Assembly (NCBI GenBank): GCA_965219425.1 | Contig: OZ244741.1 | Coordinates: forward strand, 949,324 to 981,323 | From: Dehalococcoidia bacterium | GTDB taxonomy: Bacteria > Chloroflexota > Dehalococcoidia > Lucifugimonadales > Australimonadaceae | Direction: 5' to 3' | Length of the DNA: 32,000 nt | Part shown: positions 31,881 through 32,000 of the stretch, piece by piece | Layout of the letters: every line of letters starts with the position of its first letter | Numbering within the stretch: the stretch's first letter is position 1 | Notes under the pieces: model-generated | Told to the model about the DNA's origin: nothing | The model's database searches: none | What the model saw: the letters and a program-made list of their open reading frames with translations, nothing else | Position numbers and translations under genes: made by a program

Positions 31881-32000
31881 CTAGCCCAGCAAGGCCAGCA
31901 CCGCGTCGTGGAGGAGGCCATTCGTGGAGATGGCGTTAGGGGCGTATATCGAGTGCTCGGCTCCGAGGCCTGAGAAGCGTCCGCCGGCCTCCTCGATGAT
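31881..32000 (-). CDS. Inositol monophosphatase family protein (possibly histidinol-phosphatase HisN-like), C-terminal 39 codons only; the gene continues beyond the window
   Basis: The minus-strand frame, open to the window edge, reads IIEEAGGRFSGLGAEHSIYAPNAISTNGLLHDAVLALLG then stop (TAG at 31881-31883). EEAGG...NG.LH is the conserved IMPase-family C-terminus. It is not in the ORF track because it has no in-window start. Confidence 0.55.
   Translation of the reverse strand: MIEEAGGRFSGLGAEHSIYAPNAISTNGLLHDAVLALLG

Noticed and set aside
1-32000. Search for tRNA, rRNA, tmRNA, RNase P or SRP RNA signatures and for phage, integrase, transposase or defence-system genes beyond TA modules
   Set aside because: Eye scanning of the intergenic regions found no T-loop GGTTCGAATCC-type motifs or other RNA-gene hallmarks. 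The GGTTCG motifs present belong to the REP family. No recombinase, cas, restriction or Abi-like motifs were recognised. This is a negative result from manual inspection only and should be confirmed with tRNAscan-SE, Infernal and DefenseFinder.

Overview
High-GC (about 65-70% by hand counts) bacterial chromosomal segment, densely coding, with no rRNA, tRNA, CRISPR array, transposase or integrase that I could recognise. Backbone genes, left to right: modB (5' truncated) and modC; a CcdA/DsbD-type membrane thiol-disulfide protein plus a DUF3105-like anchored protein; a MacB/FtsX-type ABC exporter (1035-aa permease and its ATPase); a complete phosphate regulon block (OmpR-family regulator, PhoR-like kinase, pstSCAB, phoU); a three-gene envelope operon (anchored secreted protein, cupredoxin-like lipoprotein, 501-aa polytopic protein); a small His-rich membrane protein; a standalone EVE-domain protein; two luciferase-like (LLM) oxidoreductase paralogs bracketing a vapBC toxin-antitoxin pair; three tandem Gfo/Idh/MocA oxidoreductase paralogs of about 420 aa; a six-Asp-box BNR beta-propeller protein; a 67-aa four-Cys acidic protein; a low-GC single-gene insert flanked by a perfect 31-bp direct repeat that duplicates the 3' end of an SDR gene; an operon of two paralogous ferritin-like (putative di-iron) proteins translationally coupled to that SDR; a 180-aa membrane protein; an orphan HicB antitoxin; and the 3' end of an inositol-monophosphatase-family gene. 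Intergenic space is heavily colonised by GC-rich hairpin (REP-like) repeats of at least three families, including two 58-bp tandem arrays of about 7 units each with locus-specific sequence variants and a 56-bp tandem array. The most interesting candidates are the repeat-flanked low-GC cassette at 27.9-28.5 kb, the uncharacterised ferritin-like x2 + SDR (+ small Cys protein) operon it interrupts, the putative metal-handling envelope operon at 14.6-18.1 kb, and the tandem hairpin arrays. All family assignments come from motif recognition by eye. No database search was possible.
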